DNA of 37,788 bases from Octopus bimaculoides (lineage: Eukaryota): NCBI RefSeq assembly GCF_001194135.2, contig NC_068999.1, positions 18,252,244 to 18,290,031 on the forward strand, written 5' to 3'. This document shows positions 21,427 through 34,700 of the stretch, one piece after another. The notes below the pieces were generated by a model that saw nothing but the letters and a program-made list of their open reading frames with translations, was not told the origin of the DNA and did not search any database. A program made the translations under genes and the position numbers. Position 1 is the stretch's first letter. Every line of letters starts with the position of its first letter.

Positions 21427-22451
21427 GAGGCATTGTTGTTATTATTTGTTATAAAGGCTGATTATAGCGATTTAGAAATATCTCAATTTTAAAAAGTTGC
21501 CACGTCTTTCGTTTACAAAATTTGCAAGGAGCTAGTGACTGAAGATGGAAACGTATCACCAGTATCAAAGCATAAAAAAAAAACTTCTGACCGCTCCGAA
21601 ATCATCCGAACAACTGAATTTATCCAGCAAGTTCAATATCAGAAAGTCCCTGAGGTCAATTGCAAAAGATCTACATGTGTCAGAAGGAACAGTCCTCGAA
21701 GACATCAGATGTAAGTGTTATTTGATGACGATGGGTCAGTTTATGGGGAAAAGAAAAAGGAAATCACTACATCAGATCTAAATGGCTCTTAAACTGAAAA
21801 ATCCAGTAGAAAAAGGTTTCGTTTGAGAAAAATTTCGGCCGAGATCGAAACGCTAACAGAAGAAATGACAGATGGTTATGTGCAGACCCTTCCGAAGTTC
21901 CAAGTGTTATGCATACAAAAATACTTGCAACTGTCATGGTTTTAGGAATTTTCAGTCTCCTTACCTCTTTCAACAAGGCCTTAACATAAACTCTACCTCC
22001 TACATTGAAGTCCTGGAAATAATTGTTAATCCCTCTACATATAGTGTACGCAAGGGAAGGTCATATGTGTTTCAGCAAGAATCTCCACTATCACATATGG
22101 CTCTAGTAATATGGGAATGGATGACTGAAAATGTTCATGATCACATAACCTCAAACATTTGGCCCCCAAATTCTCCAGATCACAATCCATTGGACTATTA
22201 CATATTTTTGAGATGTAAATGAACACGCCCATAAATCTGCCATAGTCAGGACCACTTAATTGGAGCATGTAGATGATCCAGATCTCATATAAAAGCAGGT
22301 GTTGAAGCTGAATGTGGCTTTATTAAATAACATTAGAGAAAAGACGTTTTGTTTTCATCCTCATATCATTTTTGATAAAGAAAATTATCTGTTATTATAT
22401 AGCTGAGTTTATACACATAAATATGCCCTCGAATATCTTACGCACCGTGTA
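21427..22451 (+). mobile_element. Tc1/mariner DNA transposon remnant, DD37D (maT-type) transposase pseudogene with 3' end
   Basis: HTH-like KSLRSIAKDLHVSEGTV. The catalytic region QQE-SPLSHMALVIWEWMTENVHDHITSNIWPPNSPDHNPL-DYY has 37 residues between the second acidic position and the final D. The 3' end ...ttacgcaccgtg|TA resembles a CAGGGTGCG-type TIR plus TA target. The 5' TIR is not visible. Confidence 0.88.
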
Positions 22452-22459
22452 TATATATA

Positions 22460-22462
<3 letters not shown>

Positions 22463-22503
<41 letters not shown>

Positions 22504-22521
22504 TGTGTGTGTGTGTGTGCG
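22463..22521. repeat. (GT)n microsatellite
   Basis: Direct. Confidence 0.95.
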
Positions 22522-22721
22522 TGTAATTATGTGTCTATGTGTGTGTGAAGATCAACATTCGCATGCGTCTTTTTATATACCTACGATCAAATATAAACTC
22601 AGAGTATCACGTTCTCTGTTAGCTGACATAGTTTCTGTTATTTGTTCTCGCGCTGTTTTCTGGCATTTGTTATGCTATCAACGCGTGCAACATTATCTGT
22701 CCGTACAGTTCTATATTTAAG

Positions 22722-22830
22722 TGATGAGGAATTATGTACATTATTTATATTATTTACATTCGACGGATATTTGTCCTCATCTGCTTTGTTGATAACACAA
22801 CGTTTCGGCTGATATAGCCACTAGTGTTAT
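22722..22830 (-). mobile_element. Penelope-like 3' terminal fragment with a decayed hammerhead
   Basis: Minus strand: ATAACAC-tagt-GGCT-atatc-AGCC-GAA-ACGT-T-GTGTTAT, followed by caacaaagcagatgaggacaaatatccgtcgaatgtaaata... Helices I, II and III are intact; the CUGANGA core is lost. Confidence 0.55.
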
Positions 22831-23703
22831 AGATATTTGATGTGAAAACTGGGTTCAGCGGCGTGCGATCTTTTGTTCACTTAAAAATGTTCACGCCCTG
22901 GACGTTATGAACTCTCTGAATGTTTGCACGGATATACTACGTTCGATAGGTTGGCACACTCGGTGATTATTTAGCGCCTATCATATATACATGTACACAC
23001 AAGCACGCAGACACACAGGCACACATGCACGCTCACATACACACATATATACATATGTAATTATATAGGCAAATTTAACTATCTCTCCATAGATTATTAA
23101 AATCTTTGAACAGCTTTCATCGATTTTCAGCCAGTAATGGTTTCTTATCGCAAGGGTCTACAACACTAGACCATTCCCAGAGAAACATGTAGTCAATTAT
23201 ATATGCAATAAATCCAGTAGGTATACTTGTATATGTGTGTGTATGTATGTCTGTATGTATATATTTATATAGGAGTAGATATATTGGTATAGGAATGTAG
23301 TGATAAAGAGAGATACTTCTAAAATTAGGTGGAGCGTAGTAGAGAAATGTTCATTGAAAGAAAACCATGCAGAATAGGAAGAGGTGACGTTATCAGAGAT
23401 ATGTGTATATTCTAAAATATTCATAGATAGCTGGATGTACGTTAGTTGACAAAGAGAGTTAGCAAATTATCGACAGGCCAGAGAGTATAGTATGAATAGC
23501 GGTTCATTGAGAAACATTGCAATGGAGTGGTGGAATGTAAGTGGTGAACGTAATATGTAATATATAAGCGACTAATTGCTAAAAGATGAAAGAAAAATAT
23601 TCTGAAAATTGTTGGACTCGGCGAAGGGATAGAAATGCATGTATCTGTTAATGAATGAGACTTGTTGAAGTTGGTGTATATGTAGAGGAATGGTGAGATA
23701 AAT

Positions 23704-23734
<31 letters not shown>

Positions 23735-23782
23735 CACACACGCACGCACATGCATATACGTATATGTATGTATGTATATATA

Positions 23783-24234
23783 NNNNNNNNNNNNNNNNNN
23801 NNNNNNNNNNNNNNNNNNNNNNNNNNNNNNNNNNNNNNNNNNNNNNNNNNNNNNNNNNNNNNNNNNNNNNNNNNNNNNNNNNNNNNNNNNNNNNNNNNNN
23901 NNNNNNNNNNNNNNNNNNNNNNNNNNNNNNNNNNNNNNNNNNNNNNNNNNNNNNNNNNNNNNNNNNNNNNNNNNNNNNNNNNNNNNNNNNNNNNNNNNNN
24001 NNNNNNNNNNNNNNNNNNNNNNNNNNNNNNNNNNNNNNNNNNNNNNNNNNNNNNNNNNNNNNNNNNNNNNNNNNNNNNNNNNNNNNNNNNNNNNNNNNNN
24101 NNNNNNNNNNNNNNNNNNNNNNNNNNNNNNNNNNNNNNNNNNNNNNNNNNNNNNNNNNNNNNNNNNNNNNNNNNNNNNNNNNNNNNNNNNNNNNNNNNNN
24201 NNNNNNNNNNNNNNNNNNNNNNNNNNNNNNNNNN
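23783..24234. other. Assembly gap (N run)
   Basis: N run. Confidence 1.
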
Positions 24235-24549
24235 ATATATACTTCTTCACGTGTGTTGGTAATAAAATTTCCCTGTCTATAGGACAGTGTTTGGACACTG
24301 TTTGAATGATAATTAATTTATGATTTCTTTCATACGTGTATGCAACATTGATGTGTATATGTGTATTCATATTCTATGAAGTCATTATGTTTGTAGACGT
24401 CTCAATTATTTTCTCGTTAGTATTGATAATTTATGTTCTTTGGCAAAATGAAGATATCGCTGTACTTGTTACGTATGACTACAATAAATCGATATCGCTT
24501 CATATATTTGTTTTCTTTGAGTATACACAAGATCTTATGATGTTAACCG

Positions 24550-25200
24550 AGAACATTTACACGGTTTCAACTTTCATGTGTGTCCTTAAATCATTACGGC
24601 CCTGAGGGACATAAAATGGATTTAGACTCGCAACTTTTCTTATATTCCATCGGAAGAAAAATATTTTTCTATCTGCGTTTAGCAAAGTTATTTTAACATG
24701 TTGGAAACGATACTTTGAGTAATTTATTCTTTGCATTTTAATGAGTCTCATAATTATTCCATTAACGTTCCAAGTCAAATATCCCAGGACCTCGTAAGAA
24801 TTCATCAGTTTGCACTCTGTTGTTAATACTAGAAACATTTCTATGATTTGAGACTAGAACATTCGTTAATTAATTAAAGTCATTAATTTCATCAGCAAAA
24901 GAATGTCATGGTTTTGAAACTTTCCACAACGCCAGTTGCAATCGTCCTGTAAATATTCGAGAAGAACTGCCAGCATGATGTAATGAAACAGTGGAAACAA
25001 TACATGATACCCATGGATAGATGAATGCACGTTGTTTTGGTCTTAACGTTATATAATTAGGCATGACAATGCCGAAGTGTATGCGTACTTGGTAAACGAC
25101 ATCTGAATTCACCATCAACACAATGCCAATAACGATTAAAATCACACAAATTTCATGTTTCAAACACGAGCACCAAGTTTAATATCACCACAATCCAATA
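24550..25200 (-). mobile_element. Possible decayed LINE (I/Jockey-like) ORF1 end and ORF2 APE start
   Basis: On the minus strand, VRIHFGIVMPNYITL and a C.WRCGKF..H knuckle-like motif (~24940-24917) are followed by YLTWNVNGI (24775-24755), like the first motif of apurinic endonucleases. Short motifs only. Confidence 0.35.
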
Positions 25201-25774
25201 TATAAACGTCACCCACTATATAAATCAGCAACTGCATCGTTAACTCACACAAGTGTTACTGATTAAAAGAAAAAGGAACAACTACAACACTTAAGAAATT
25301 ACACTCAGCTTCAATAAGATCACGAGTTTAATGTTTTATTTATATGAAATAATTGTTGGTTAATCTCCACTGTAACAAAAAAATTATGGAGGATTAATAA
25401 TGAAATTAGGTGAGACGTTCGAATGTAATCCGGATTATGTTTGCGGTTATTTCTATTTAGGGATCGAAGTTAATTGAATTCCATTGGGGTGTATCTTCTT
25501 GGAAGAAATCCAGGCCAAACAATTGAGTGTGTTTCTATTTAGAAAATTATTACCAATAAAGAGGTCAGAGGTAATAATATAAGCTTATGTGTTTGAATAA
25601 TAACGAAAACATGTTCTAGCTTTAGATTGAATTGTTTGAAATGGTGTAGGGGTAATCACTCGCAAGCAAAAACATACCAACACACATTTATACGTATATA
25701 TGTGGTCGTGTGCATGTGTACGTGTATGAGTGTATTTGTGTATTATGGTGGGAATATACATACATATATATATA

Positions 25775-25811
<37 letters not shown>

Positions 25812-27350
25812 GCACATCGACAAATACTCACACAGACACGCATATATATATTCCACTTGTAATTTATATTTTGTCCTTTCCTTATCACATGCCTAGGTCT
25901 GCGTTTCACTAATTAAGGTGAATTCAAATATTCAGCTATGAAAATCTTTCTAAATATGATACCTAAATATCTTCTTTTCATATACCAAGATCCGTAGAAT
26001 GCGAGAACGCGTTATAGTCGGAAATGAATGTACATAAACAAATGAGCTTGTTTTCATCTTAATATATCTGAGAGTTTAGCATCATAAACATGATTAAAAA
26101 CTATACAGATAAAATCGCAATAAAGCATAAGAAACAATAAAATTGTACGTATACTAAATTATAAATAAGGCAGAAATACATGAGCTTTGTACAGCGTTAA
26201 ATGATACATGATTTTGTCCATCATTTAAATGTTCTAATCCGGTTACGACAGAAATATAAACGTACACGTAATATTATTTTCGATAAGAAAACCTCGTGGA
26301 AGGATATGAATTTGGAGAGGAAAAAAAAATTCTAAATTATTTAAAAAATCTTATCGTAGTATTATATTCTATTTTCTGCGCTCTCCTATAGGAAAACACG
26401 TTAATATATCCTAATATACCCTCCATAATCTCTACGACAATTAATATAACTATGCAGTAATACGAACTGACTTCGAATGTTCAGAAGTAGCATATTGTAT
26501 AATTGCCTCCTAACACGAAATTTCTAAAGCATCACTAATGGGCCCACTAGATCCTCTAAACGTTCTACTTCCCTACAAGCTATTTACACTACTCACATTG
26601 CAAAGTAATGATCGTGGTGCATAGTTTGTGTTGATACCCCACACAACGGGAACAATCGCCTTTGTAATTTGTTACAGGAAATCGCCCGCAATTCTATTTC
26701 AAATTAATACCTCGTTACTCACTAATGTAATCTTCTCTTGCAAATATGCTTTACTGCACATGGGTTTATTATGTAAAATTTTATAATTCCTCCTCGTGCA
26801 GCTAAACCTCCTTAGTCGTTATATATGTAGCAGAATATCAATTTACTTACAGTTCCAAAGAAAATTTTTTTCCTCAACAAACTTTCTCACAATATTTTGC
26901 CTGAATGTTTATTTTTCCTTGCCTACTTGTCAGGACAGTTGATATTCCCGACTGCTTTGTTAATTAGACCACTCATTACGTAAACTTGTATTAACTTGGT
27001 TTTAACTCTATCTTTTCTTCTCTCACTCTTTTTACCTTTCCCTATCATTTTCATCTTCTGCCGTGAATATTTTCTTTTCTCTCATCGTACCTCTTAACTA
27101 CTCCATTCCTTACATGATTTCGTTAAGGTGTCACCTTCACTTCAGACTTTTATATTTCTTAGGCCATACTTATCAATCTTCACTTGCATGCCCTTGATTT
27201 TTGATATGTAAATTGCTAGGTATAATTGTAACGTATTTCTATTCCTGGATTCCTGAAACAACTGTCGTGTCAAAATTTAAATAAGTTCTTAACATTTTAT
27301 TCTGTACTTATTGATCTATTTCTCTATGAATATATATATATATATATATA

Positions 27351-27500
27351 NNNNNNNNNNNNNNNNNNNNNNNNNNNNNNNNNNNNNNNNNNNNNNNNNN
27401 NNNNNNNNNNNNNNNNNNNNNNNNNNNNNNNNNNNNNNNNNNNNNNNNNNNNNNNNNNNNNNNNNNNNNNNNNNNNNNNNNNNNNNNNNNNNNNNNNNNN
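27351..27500. other. Assembly gap (N run)
   Basis: N run. Confidence 1.
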
Positions 27501-28591
27501 ATTCTTATATATTCTTATATGATCCATATAAGCTCGGCACAACGTGTAGGACGCCAAGAGTGGTTAACTAACATAACGCATCTAAATTTTGTTCCCGCTG
27601 TATGAGTATCTTCAAATACTTTAGCGACCTAAGCTCCTTCAGAATTATACCGCTGGATGTATCTTTGGAATCAATAGCGCATATAGCTCTGCTTTACAAA
27701 ATTAAAGTGGTAACATTCACCCACAGATTTTAGAGACCGCTAGGCACTAACTGAATTACTGATGCCAAGTGATATATTAGGGTCGTAGTTGACGATGGTG
27801 TGACAGTTTTTTAATTTTATTTTGGAAAGACTTGTTTGTGTTAAACTGACAATCAAACGACTTTGGTCTCAAGACAATTGTTTTGTAGGAGTTCTTATTT
27901 TTGCTTTTGATTTTGTGTAATTTGATAGAAAATAGAAACTAAGCCATGCCTTTCTCCCTGTTTCTAGCATCAAAGGTGTGTGGCCTAATGTCAGGAAAGT
28001 ATACGGGGATATATTTGTACGCCGCCACACAAGAACATATTTATGCCCCAAATTATGAGCTAAACATGCTGAAGAATATTTGAAATTCGAGCGTAATGAC
28101 ACACAATTAATAATAATGTTTGACATTTTCAAATCTTTAATCGTCTTCGTTCTAGATTGCATTTCAATTAGTTGTTTGAAATTAATTAAAACAGATTCAT
28201 CCCAGAAATACCATTGTTAGTTTATTACAGAGAAATATTTGTCGTTCTGTCTTAATTATTTACCTTCCATGCTTTTTCTTTGAATTGTTCTTTTATAATT
28301 CAATGTGGATTTTAAATATTACTTGGTTTCATTTTATTTGTTTTTATTTCATACAGACTTCGCTGTTCCATGTTTTTAACATTTTATGTAGTCTAATCCT
28401 TAACATGTGTTTTGTTTTGTTCATAATCTCGCTTTCTGTAATTTTCAACATTATTCTCTGAAGTGTCATTATTTCCAGCTCCTTTGACTGTACCTATCTC
28501 AACAGTCATCATGTATGTATGTGTGTATGTACATACATACATATACATACATAGGCACACACACACATACATACACACACACACACACACA

Positions 28592-28841
28592 NNNNNNNNN
28601 NNNNNNNNNNNNNNNNNNNNNNNNNNNNNNNNNNNNNNNNNNNNNNNNNNNNNNNNNNNNNNNNNNNNNNNNNNNNNNNNNNNNNNNNNNNNNNNNNNNN
28701 NNNNNNNNNNNNNNNNNNNNNNNNNNNNNNNNNNNNNNNNNNNNNNNNNNNNNNNNNNNNNNNNNNNNNNNNNNNNNNNNNNNNNNNNNNNNNNNNNNNN
28801 NNNNNNNNNNNNNNNNNNNNNNNNNNNNNNNNNNNNNNNNN
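28592..28841. other. Assembly gap (N run)
   Basis: N run. Confidence 1.
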
Positions 28842-31243
28842 ATATATAAGTGTATGTGCGTGTGTATTTGTTGATTAAAATCATTCTCAGCATTCCAATA
28901 TTTGTGATTAAAACCACTGAGTTTGTTTTTTGTCTCTTCTTAATAGTTTCCCTTCAACACCATATTGTTGATATGGCACATAAAATTTTATAGCCTTCCT
29001 TATTGTCAACATCTCTTTGATGACGTCATTTCGACTCCATCAATTCAATGTGTAATGTAATCATTAATTAAAATTAATCCCCGTGTGAAAATAGCATATC
29101 TGCATGTTTGAAATGTAAGTTAAATTATAATTCATTTCATCACCGTTTCAGCAGTTTCATGTGAACCGCTACTATACGAACATTTGCATTGCTTTGTTCT
29201 TTCATTTTGCTTTGCATTTTGTTTCTTCCATGTTAGATTTGCTTTGATTTTTGTGTGATATATTTTGTGATATCTGCTGTTATTTCAAAGTTTCTAGTGT
29301 TATATTGTATTGTGGAGAATATGTGCAGCGTTAGTTATTTATTGAATAGTTATTATGTTCCATATTCTTTCACGATTTATTTTATCTGATAATATCTTAT
29401 GGCTACTGTCTATAATATTCATCTTTCTCTTTTCCTTCTTATCAGGGTCAAACTTTTGTTGGATATTGTGTTCCCATTATGTACACAATATGTTTTCCAA
29501 TTGTTATCGCTGTTGTTCTGGAGGGGACGGTATTTGCAATCTATACGTTCTCAGTAGGAAATATTCCTCTTTATTCACTGAGTAAGCTCTACGAGAATAT
29601 GATGTATGGTTTAATCTAATATTTCGCTTAACATATCGTACCGGATCATAATATACACTTTTGAGCCATTTCTTAGAATTGTTGAACGGCTAGCAAATAG
29701 AGGATATTGGAGGTGTATGTAAGACATACGGGACACACGTGTAGATTTAACCCTGAAGTGTTATAAATTCTTCAGAAACCTTGCTACTTATCTTTAACTA
29801 TCTAACTTGACAAACCTCAGCACAAAAAGTACTTATGTGGATATAGATGAATGGAATGCTTGACGCTGAACCTCCCAAAAGAGATTGCTATATCCACGAA
29901 TTTCCTAACTCGAAATACTATTCTGAACAACTGAGGGCTAGTTAAATACCATTTGACGAGAGCAAATGTTAATAACATGGTCGGTCCTGCTATAAAGTGT
30001 GACTACGTGTGACGCATAAGCATTTAGTACAGAGTTAGTAGCAGAAAGGAATAAAGATAGGCTTTTCAGAATGTTAGATGAGGTTATTAATAAAGCACTG
30101 TTACCAGTATCATGATGCACAGCGTGAGCGAATATCATATTATCCATCACGATATCTCTATTGCCAGAGATAGAGATGTTTTAGCCTAATACTAAAAAAA
30201 AAAAAAATCAAAGCTAAACAATGAGCTGTAGTAGCGGAGTAGTAACCTTTCAGAGAAATCCCAATTCTTTCATTGGGTGACGATATATGCTTGAGGTATT
30301 CATTCACAATAAATATTTACTGATTGCTTAGTGTTTTTTTTTTCTGGTTTTTCGTTTACCGTATGAGAAATGTGCTCTATTCTGTAAAGCAATTGCCTCT
30401 TTTAAAGAAACGAGAGACTGGATCCGAAACATCACTAACTACAACTGAGATACGAGAGTTGATGAGTACAAAATCATCCAATTTTAATGGTGTACCTAAC
30501 GAGATATTATCGTAATATGCACATGTTTAGGGACGTATATTCTAATGGTCACCATGACTAGTAATGCACAAAATATTTCCCAGTACATTGTAAGGGATCG
30601 TGGTAGCACAGTGAAGATAACAAGTTGGCTTCCGAACATTTCCTTCTCAAAATTTATATATAGATATAAGCTCTGACTAGTATGCTTGTTATAGTCGGGA
30701 AGGATGTGTGATCACCACTATATTTACTCAGTACCCTCTCTACACTAGGTAATGCATTCTAGAGAATGTAGGAATCATGCATGTATTGTGAATTAGATAT
30801 ATTTTCCTCAGTCGAAAGCTTTCAGCAATGCTATAAGCTACTTGTCTGGGACCAAATTTCAGAGACTGAATCCTGATTACAGATAAATGTTATCTTCTGT
30901 TTCATATCCCAATATGTGCCCATTAGATGTATCCTTTCTCATTACTTCCTAGCGTTCCGTCTTAGATTTATTTCTACGGATGCGAAAATATTTGTGGAAC
31001 ATCATTTGTGCTTGAACGCGGGGCGGCTATGATGGATTATGCATTAGAATTGGCTTTCATGTTTTTGACACTGAGTATATAGGAATGATGGCCAGGATAA
31101 ACAGGTTTTATTGTGTAAACGTGACTCGAGATGCATCTCTTTTCATTTCCTTCTGCAGTTCCTTTTGCCATTCTTCTACATTTATACTGGGTTCCATTTG
31201 TCTGCCAATCATTTTGTCGTAATGTCCTTTTATTTGTCAGATT

Positions 31244-31288
<45 letters not shown>

Positions 31289-31358
31289 ATAATAATTGAT
31301 CTCTCCCGCCACATTATTTCTCGGCGTTCTCCTTGTCTTCTAGTACATCTGTTGTCAA

Positions 31359-31381
31359 TATTATTATTATTCTTGTTATTG

Positions 31382-31443
<62 letters not shown>

Positions 31444-31645
31444 TATTATTAGTATTATCATTATTATTATCATTATTATTATTATTATTATTTTATCATT
31501 ATTATTATTATTATTATCATTATTATTATTATCATTATTATTATTATTATTATTATTATTGTTATTATTATTGTTACTTTTATTGTTTATTATTATTATT
31601 ACTATTATTATCATTACTAGTAGTAGTGGCAGCAGCAGTGGCAGT

Positions 31646-31730
<85 letters not shown>

Positions 31731-31756
31731 ATAATAGTGTCATTATTATTATTATT
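31359..31756. repeat. ~400 bp compound trinucleotide microsatellite (TTA)n-(GCA)n-(GTA)n-(TTA)n
   Basis: Direct; it produces the poly-I/L/S/N ORFs at 31237-31984. Confidence 0.97.
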
Positions 31757-34700
31757 GCAACTTTTGTTTTTGTTTTATTAATTTACTTTTTTCTGTCGCT
31801 TTTATGTATTTCTTTTTACTGGAACAGCCGTTTGATTCTCAAGAGAAAATGCAAAAACAATAAAGGAAATGTGTTGCTGACAATAATATTGGTTTTCAGC
31901 AGCATAATTTTCATAACACAAACACAATATCATCGTTCTCCCCGCCATCACTTCGACCGGAGTCACACCCATACCATCTCGTGAAGCAGCACAATCATCT
32001 TTGTTTTTAATTCCAACCTTGTAGTCCTGTTTGCAAGGTTTTTCATGATGATGATCATTATTATCGTCATCGTTGTAGTCGTCATTGTTTTCGTCGTGGT
32101 CATCGTGTTCGTAATCGACATAATCATCAAAATAATTCTGTGTTTTTGCCTTCTTAACAACAAATGGCTATACGATAGATAGGAAGAATGATAAATAGAG
32201 CGACAGATTAGTTGCGTGTAGAATCAGTTAAACATTTTACTTGTGTAAAGGTTGGATATAAAATATAAAACACAATTACGTTGATATATAAAAACAAATT
32301 ACAAACAATCACAATAAGCTGAGTAGTGTTTAAATAGAATAAAAGCAAAATTAATCTTCAGGTTTCTCGTGTAGATGTACGTGTTGAACAGTCGTCTAGT
32401 TCGTGTTCCATTTGCCCTCAGTGTTTGTAACCGCATGCCATTATACATACTACAGCCTTTTCTTTCCAGAATATCGATAGCATTTTCTGCGTGGGTTGTT
32501 TTAGGAATCAACACATGTCTACTGGAATTATTTTATTGTGCTTTAATCCAGTTTTGTTTTATTGTGCTTTAATACAGCTTTTATCTTTTATTATTAGGAC
32601 TCAGCGATTAGCAGAGTTCTAACAGTGGAGACTTGGTTGATTCAATTGTATATTCCTGTAAAAAGCACTGCGAAACTATGATATTGTCTTAAGGAGGTCC
32701 AATTAATCGTTCTCAGGACAATGAATTCATCCCAGGATTCCCGCCACGCATATCTTCCTGTTATATTTTACTGTGTTGGGTGGTGTTCATTAATATTTCG
32801 AGGCATGGGTATCTCCACAAGTGATGCAGTTTTTCATGAATCTGCATGACAGGAAACATCATAAACTTTATCATAAAAACGGGAATTCCTTTCATTTACA
32901 TTAATTGATTCGTTGTTGTTTGGTACATTTGCCTAGTAACATTCTGGTATTAATTTTTTCCCCTTTCACCTCCATACCTTTATTTGCATCGTGAGTTTAT
33001 GTGCTGGACAATAATCATCCTGCCAAAAAGATATATAGAGCTCTCATGTAGGTGTGGGCGATGTCTCCTTCAATTAAGATACCCAGAATATCTAAATAAT
33101 TCTCAACAAAATCCATCTCTTATGATATTAGAAGTAGCATTTCAGCTTAACTGCTGTAATCAGGCTTGGGAAAAGTGAGGAAATAAATGGGTGCACACAC
33201 AAAATTACGTTTAAGGAAAAAATGATTTGTTAACTGGATATTTGTAACATAATCACCTCAAAATGTTATCCCACCAAAAAGGTAGAAAAGCGGTAGAAAA
33301 TGAGAAAACTACAAGAATGCGAGGAGCACTAATTCCAAACTTTTTTTTTTGTAATTTTTCATAATCACCCTTATTGGGTATCTATGGAAATGACGTCTCA
33401 AATGATAAGCACATATTCAAATTTACATAAAGTTTCCTCCACACATTTTGGGATATTTAATTTCTATTTGGAGCACCAGTTCCTATCTTTTGAAGAGTAT
33501 AATAAATTAATGCGGCCTAAAATGTGCTAGATGTCTCAGCAGATTTTACACATTTATTGAATATCTTAAATTCACGAACGGTTTAAAGAAAACTAATGCA
33601 ATTCATGCATGAAATATACAAATGCATGAAACAGGAGAAATAATAACAGAAATTATAGAAGATAGAGAGGCAAACTATTGCTTCAGAAAACACTAGCATT
33701 AATTTTAAAGAATTGCATCATGTTAAACATGGAAACTAAACACGAAATTTTTGTTGAGATGTGGTCTGTCTTCCATTACTCTGAAAATTTGCTGAAAATC
33801 ATGTTACATTCAAAAGTATTGTCAAATGAACAGAGTTAAATATGTGAGGCATTTTATCCAGAAATCATCCACGGACACTGTTTATACTCAACAGAAGCTA
33901 TGAAGCCATTCAGTCGGAAAGTTAAATTAGCAGCAATGAATCATTCCGATAGATTTTAAATTACCAATGCCTTCAAGACATTCAGCAATATCAGCAATGT
34001 TTCCAACCGGAAAAAAATGATTGCATTGAATTAAAAAGCTATTTTGCAACAACCACACGCACTCTGAAAGAAATATATACGTTCTTTAAATTCAGGAAAT
34101 TATTTTGCATATCCATTGTGTAGGATCGTTACATGCGATTCTTCACTGTGTAAAGCCGAGCACAAAATGTAAAGCAGAAGCATACATCTTCCTCCATCTG
34201 GTTTTAAACGAGGTCATTTGACAAAAAGTAATCTATATACATCGACTATTGTAACAGTAGTTTTATGTTTAATATATACCTTGGTTTTTATTATTCAGTT
34301 CTTTCAATGAATTATGACGAGACTGATCTCACAAAAGTGACAAACAGGAAAATGACGCTTCACGAATAGCTTGCCTTTAGATGAAACAAATTATAATAAC
34401 TCCATGTTTAAAGTACTAATATCACAGTCCCAGCCAGAATGATTTAGATTAACATTTCCTATAAGATCGTAGAATGTCTAAGCTATAGCAGCAATATTAA
34501 CGATTATACCAGATTTCAGTTATAAGCAACAGAAAAAAATTGCCAATCAATGTTTCAGTTATATTATTGACATTTGCGTTGTATTTTTATTGACCAAAAC
34601 TTGACACTTAATCGAGAAAATAACTATTACCTTTTATTGAGACGAGCCGCCCCACGGCACAATCACACACTTAGAATTTTTCATATCCCAATATACTGAA

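Noticed and set aside
21535-21560. GTGA-CTGAAGA-TG-GAAACGT-A-TCAC, which looks like a hammerhead without helix II
   Set aside because: It lies within the transposase coding sequence (ELVTEDGNVSP) and has no helix II, so it is coincidental.
26600-27240. Faint RTE-like RT motifs on the minus strand (KNQGH.., IVRK..)
   Set aside because: Too decayed to support by eye; needs TBLASTX.
30560-31230. Faint CR1-like RT motifs on the minus strand (SGF.., KAFD)
   Set aside because: Isolated short matches with many stops; not supportable.
31237-31984. 168 and 210 aa poly-L/I/S/N ORFs
   Set aside because: They are translations of the compound trinucleotide repeat.
33760-34000. Possible MULE-like transposase motif (FYPEIIHGHC..RKV)
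   Set aside because: It lacks the diagnostic GCxFH and has no flanking TIR evidence.
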